Assembly: GCF_009914755.1 (NCBI RefSeq)
Contig: NC_060940.1
From: the human T2T-CHM13v2.0 reference genome, Homo sapiens
DNA: 64,000 nucleotides
Reading direction: 5' to 3' (one strand)
This document shows, one piece after another, positions 62,544 through 64,000 of the stretch; position 1 is the first letter of the stretch; every line of letters begins with the position of its first letter. The notes beneath the pieces are model-generated. The model made no database searches. It was not told where the DNA came from and saw nothing but the letters and a program-made list of their open reading frames with translations. The position numbers and the translations under genes were made by a program.

Positions 62544-63329
62544 TAACAGGCTGGTGTCACATTTTCAAATTCTGTCACCAGCCCTTGAACACATGTCTTT
62601 GTACTTTTTTCCATTTTTAACCGGGGCTGAGTTACGCCCAACCACACTGTCCTGGCTGGCACGGGGGAGGAGGTGTCAGCTGCTGTCCAGAATAGGGCTG
62701 ACACATTCATTTTAAACAGGCCAGGAAGATGCAGATTTGGCAAGCTCTGAAATTTGCCAACATCCCAAGTCCAGGGTAAGCAGGAGAACTGGAAAAGGGC
62801 AGCTTCTCATGTGGTCAGGTTCTCCTGACACAAGCGTCCTGGTGGATTTGGGTTTCCCAAGGGTCCTGACTCCAGGAGACCCCCAGGGCTGACAGGAAGG
62901 GCCACCGCTCCCTCTGAAACTCTGAAACCAGGCCACCCGGTGCTGAAATGCTGTGTGAACTCCGGCAAGTTCCTTTGCAGGGACTGAGCCTCCCTTTCCT
63001 GTTTCCAACAGACTGGAACAACTGCCTCCTGCTGCATGGGCGAAATACCTCGCGGACATGTCTTACGGCGCCCCATGAAAGCATCACCATTAATCTGACC
63101 AGTCACCGCAGCATGAGTATCTTCAGGGCACAGATGAAGCCGTGGGCACCAGTGATAAGGAGTTGCCACTGCTGGCTAAGTGCGGAGCCTCACACATCTG
63201 TGGTCCGGAAACCCACGCCCCACTCCAAACCCTCTACAGCTCCAACAGTTATGCTAACAAGAAAAAGGAGTGAAAACCCGCTCCAGTCACGGTATTGTGG
63301 AGGTGGAAGGACACTTGTGGCAGCCAATC

Positions 63330-63450
63330 CAACACCTCCATTTTATAGCCGGGGTAAACGTAGTTCAGAGAGGTTGTCCCACTTGGTGAAAGTCACACAG
63401 CAGTTCCTGGGCGGCAAAGTGAGGACATCCAGGTCTCCTAAATCTCACCC
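63330..63450 (+). mobile_element. MIR fragment
   Basis: ccattttatag..aaac..tcagagaggtt..acttg..aagtcacacagc core. Confidence 0.6.
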
Positions 63451-64000
63451 TCGCGCTCTGGCCACTTGACTGGGATTTTCAATCCCGGCTGTCAAAGAGA
63501 AGCACCAAGTCCACTTGGGCTCCTGGCCAGCGTCCAAGCCAGTCCAACTCAACAGCAAGCGGAAGCAAATACCACACAATGAACTCGTTGAACAGACTCT
63601 GCGCTCAGGCTTAACCAGTGCACAGCCTGTACACCCGACAGGAGGATGCAGCTGTTCCAAGCTAAGGCCAGGGCCTCTCCCCAATCCCGATGGGCTCTGC
63701 AGATGCAGTGATGGAAGAATCCCTGGTGACGGGGAGCCCTTAGCTCTGAGCAGGACCTGAAGCCATCTCAGGGCTTGCACCGGCCCAGATGCTGCTGCAC
63801 AAGTGCTCCAGGGGCTCCTGCCCTGCCCTCCTCACCTGCCCCCTCACCTGTCAGGGATGTTTGATTCCTGGCTGGCCCCTCCCCTACCTGACCCCTGCCA
63901 AAGACCCACGTCACCCCAGGCTTCCAGCTCTGAAGCAAACGACCAGAGAAGTCAAGCGCCTGGCTCCGGGCCACACAGCTTGAGGGACTCAGAGCTCCAG

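Overview
Human (primate) genomic DNA, GC- and Alu-rich, recognisable as the 16q24.2 SLC7A5 locus. The right half (about 34.7-64 kb) holds SLC7A5 (LAT1, L-type amino-acid transporter light chain) on the minus strand: the distal part of intron 1, coding exons 2-10 and a ~2.95 kb 3'UTR with no canonical AATAAA. All splice sites are GT-AG, the frame is continuous over codons ~180-507, and exon 1 lies outside the window. The mirtron-type MIR6775 sits at the 3' end of intron 8, and probably MIR11401 lies antisense in intron 1. The left ~34 kb is intergenic and packed with Alus, MaLR/ERV LTRs (MLT1, MLT2, MST, MER41A, LTR8-like, LTR10-like, three MER67-like), MER20/MER30 and an L1 fragment. Almost all supplied ORFs are spurious. 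I found no new protein-coding system. The best candidate novelties are: (1) an 8-nt (or 5-nt) poison microexon candidate in intron 2 with SRRM3/4-type UGC architecture; (2) a mutually exclusive double hairpin with a 20-bp perfect stem in intron 3; (3) a ~220-bp inverted templated insertion of local sequence into an L1; (4) a 158-bp gene-conversion tract between two tail-to-tail Alus; (5) a stop-generating alternative donor after exon 6; (6) a KLF/SP-motif VNTR in intron 2. Repeat family names and miRNA identities come from recalled consensus sequences and were not computed.
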